In this document: piece after piece, positions 61,799 to 64,000 of the stretch | How positions within the stretch are numbered: the first letter of the stretch is position 1 | How the letters are laid out: every line of letters begins with the position of its first letter | Assembly: GCA_965603825.1 (NCBI GenBank) | Contig: CBFDEM010000062.1 | Span: 248,001-312,000 of the forward strand | Reading direction: 5' to 3' | From: Blepharisma stoltei ATCC 30299 | Lineage: Eukaryota > Protista > Ciliophora | DNA: 64,000 bases | Translations under genes and position numbers: made by a program | The notes under the pieces: generated by a model | Databases searched by the model: none | What the model was told of the DNA's origin: nothing | The model's input: only the letters and a program-made list of their open reading frames with translations

Positions 61799-63416
61799 TT
61801 AACTACCATCACCCCTGGATCCTGTTGAACTTTTAAGCAGCATTCTATTGGACGGTGAATTTTGAAAAGCTTCTTTAATTCATGGGTGTTCAAAAGCTTC
61901 ATCTGGTGTCATTCTTGTGAATGGGTTTCAATCAAGACATCCTAAAATAAAGCTTACGTTCAATAAAACCTAGAAAGACTTCGTCTGATGATTTAGCTTT
62001 TTCTTCCAATGTTCGTGTTCCTGGAAATCTTTTTTTACCTCTACTATTCGGGACAATTTTTGGATTCATTTCTTCAAAAAACAAATTTTTTCTTGTAGCT
62101 TGCTCCATAAGCTCTTCGGGAGGAAGTCCTTTCACTTCCATAATGCACAACAGCTGCTCATGCTCACTTTCTCCTGGGAAAATCGGACAGCCGGAATGCA
62201 GCTCTGCAAGAATACACCCTAATGATCACATATCAATTGCTACCGTATAAGGAATCCCCAATATTATTTCTGGAGCTCTGTAAAATCTACTTTGTATATA
62301 AGTATATAATTTTTCTTCTTCAAAACAAGAAGATCCAAAATCAATCACTTTGATTCCAGATTTATTTGGATGCTTCAGGAGAATATTTTCGGGCTTCAAA
62401 TCGCAATGAATTATTTTATGCTCTCTTAAAAACGCGAGACATATTAAAATCTGTATACCAAAGCGCTTTACAAGAGTAAGGGAAAATCCATGAAATCCAT
62501 TGTTTTTTAGAAGTTCATATAAATTGATGGAAAGCAGCTCAAAAGTAATGCATAAATGTTTTCTAAAAATAAAGCAGTCTTCCATTTGCACGCAATGAGC
62601 TTCTGAGTCTTTGCCGTTTTCGTTCATATGCTGGAGAACTTTAATTTCCACTTTTCCTTGTCTATGAAACCTTCTTTGGTTTCTAATGATTTTTAGAGCT
62701 ACAAGTTTTTTAGTTTTATGGTCTAGACATTTGCAGACCTGTCCAAAAGATCCTTTTCCTAAGATTTCAATTATTTCATATCTGTATGAGATATGATCTC
62801 CAGTTACCAATTTATAGTCAGATCTGTCATCATCATAGCCAAAATTGGCTTGAGTAGGATCTGGCTGTATTTTCTTGGATTTTAACCCAAGAAAATAAAT
62901 TTCTGAATATTCTAAAACCTCATTTTGTTCGTATTTCGTCATAAAAGATTCAAATTCTTTTAGAACTTCTGGAGGGGATATAGGGAGTTTATGAAACAGC
63001 AATAATGTATCTGGATCACTTGGAGCGTGACTTATTGATTTATGCCTAATTGCTATCTTTGCTCTAGGACTTGGCCTTGCGCTACGTGTTTCGTCTCTGC
63101 TTAAGCAGTTATTGCTGCGGTTTAAGCTGCTATTCAGCTTGAATGATGAATTTGCGGATGATTCCAAAGTGTTGTTTAATGAAAACTTGTCAGACAAATG
63201 AACAGGAAATCCTCTGTCAGTTCGTTTAGGAAGTGTCAGCTGCTTAGGTGTCCTCATTTCATGAGGAAAAGCAGTAAATGATATTGCTGGATCTCCTTTT
63301 TTCTTAAGAGATAAGTTTAAAATGTTTCTTTTAGGCACACTAGGCTTCCTTGAATTAGATGCTAACGGCCTCAGTTTTGAAATTTTGATACGTGGAGATA
63401 GACCTTGGCCATTCAT
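61799..63416 (-). CDS. DYRK2: DYRK2-like dual-specificity kinase, one 16-nt intron
   Basis: DH box 'NFGYDDDRSDY', GKGSFGQV, HCDLKPEN, DFGSSC, YTYIQSRFYRAPE, AIDM[W]SLGC, after splicing ERCLD[W]NP..RMTP.EA..HP[W]. Confidence 0.93.
61942..61957 (-). other. 16-nt intron GTAAGCTTTATTTTAG
   Basis: Removal shifts the frame and restores kinase subdomain XI. Confidence 0.9.
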
Positions 63417-63754
63417 GATATTTATTTATGAATAAAAATTTACTTTTCATTTAATTTTGGTTTAGTATATTGATTTAAGTTTAAGAAAAAACAATTGTTT
63501 ATTTTTCTGTGATAGAAAATGATGCTGAAGAATAAGAGATATCATTAAATCATAACGGGCTCTCTTAAAGAATTTTAACTGGCCTATAGATGCTAAAAAG
63601 TGGTACACCAATAAGATTATTTACAAAAATATATAAATTATAGTTCAGACTCATGAAAATTGCTTAAAATGCCTGTGTTTGAAATTTTTCATATTTTGAA
63701 AATAATTGTTAAATCATAGAATATGTAATGAATTTCAGTCATTAATTTGCAAAT

Positions 63755-64000
63755 ATGAAAGCAATAAGAAGAAGCTATTCTTTACTCTTCCCCTGGAGAT
63801 TCAATGATAAAAGCCCATTCAGGCTTTTTCCTGTATCAAAGCTGCTCTTTACTGAGCTTGATGAAGCTCGAGAAGGATTCTTACAAGCTTACGACGAAGT
63901 CTTAAAGTCTTTAGAAGACTACGATTTCGAACATTTAAATTCTATCATGGAGCCGAGATTATTTTCAGAAATTAAGATCGGTCTGAATTCAATAAAAGGC
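63755..64000 (+). CDS. 3' partial gene, possibly mitochondrial
   Basis: ATG at 63755 is open to the window end; MKAIRRSYS.. is presequence-like. Confidence 0.55.
   Translation, partial: MKAIRRSYSLLFPWRFNDKSPFRLFPVSKLLFTELDEAREGFLQAYDEVLKSLEDYDFEHLNSIMEPRLFSEIKIGLNSIKG

Noticed and set aside
1-64000. Mass pseudogenisation or selenoprotein readthrough as the cause of fragmented ORFs
   Set aside because: Breaks are in-frame TGAs at Trp (not Cys) positions, or micro-introns, and the genes are otherwise intact.
1-64000. Mycoplasma or mitochondrial origin (UGA=Trp, AT-rich)
   Set aside because: Histone H2B, VPS13, NOP14, eukaryotic kinases and spliceosomal introns show a nuclear eukaryotic source.
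1-64000. tRNA, rRNA, telomeric repeats, transposase genes
   Set aside because: None recognised by eye; a covariance-model scan of the larger spacers would be needed to exclude small RNAs.

Overview
This is AT-rich, extremely gene-dense eukaryotic DNA, not bacterial. It most likely comes from the somatic (macronuclear) genome of a heterotrich ciliate such as Blepharisma. The supplied ORF track is fragmented for two reasons. First, TGA encodes Trp: it sits at invariant Trp positions in kinases, VPS13, CCCH and CBM20 domains, and every gene I reconstructed ends in TAA or TAG. Second, genes contain tiny 15-16 nt GT-AG introns; I found 8, all with A at intron position 10. Re-reading with these rules gives about 40 protein genes, including an HflX-like GTPase, VPS13, PKG, FIP1, RpiB, LSM14, PDK1, NAA25, uridine kinase, SF-assemblin, DNAAF9/Shulin, NOP14, SAM synthetase, a FYVE-STE20 kinase, H2B and DYRK. 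The 40.6-48.3 kb region is a rearranged tandem duplication with reciprocal decay. It holds a scrambled, partly inverted SF-assemblin remnant, a 153-bp TA-bounded (IES-like) in-frame indel, and an A9 run shared by both copies that needs a -1 shift to complete a Kelch-like protein. Other notable items are an ATPase-less CHD6-9-like protein with FHA and FYR domains, a kinase fused to an apparently catalytically dead RBR module, and a SAM synthetase with Lys at the K+-binding Glu. All assignments are by manual motif recognition; no searches were run.
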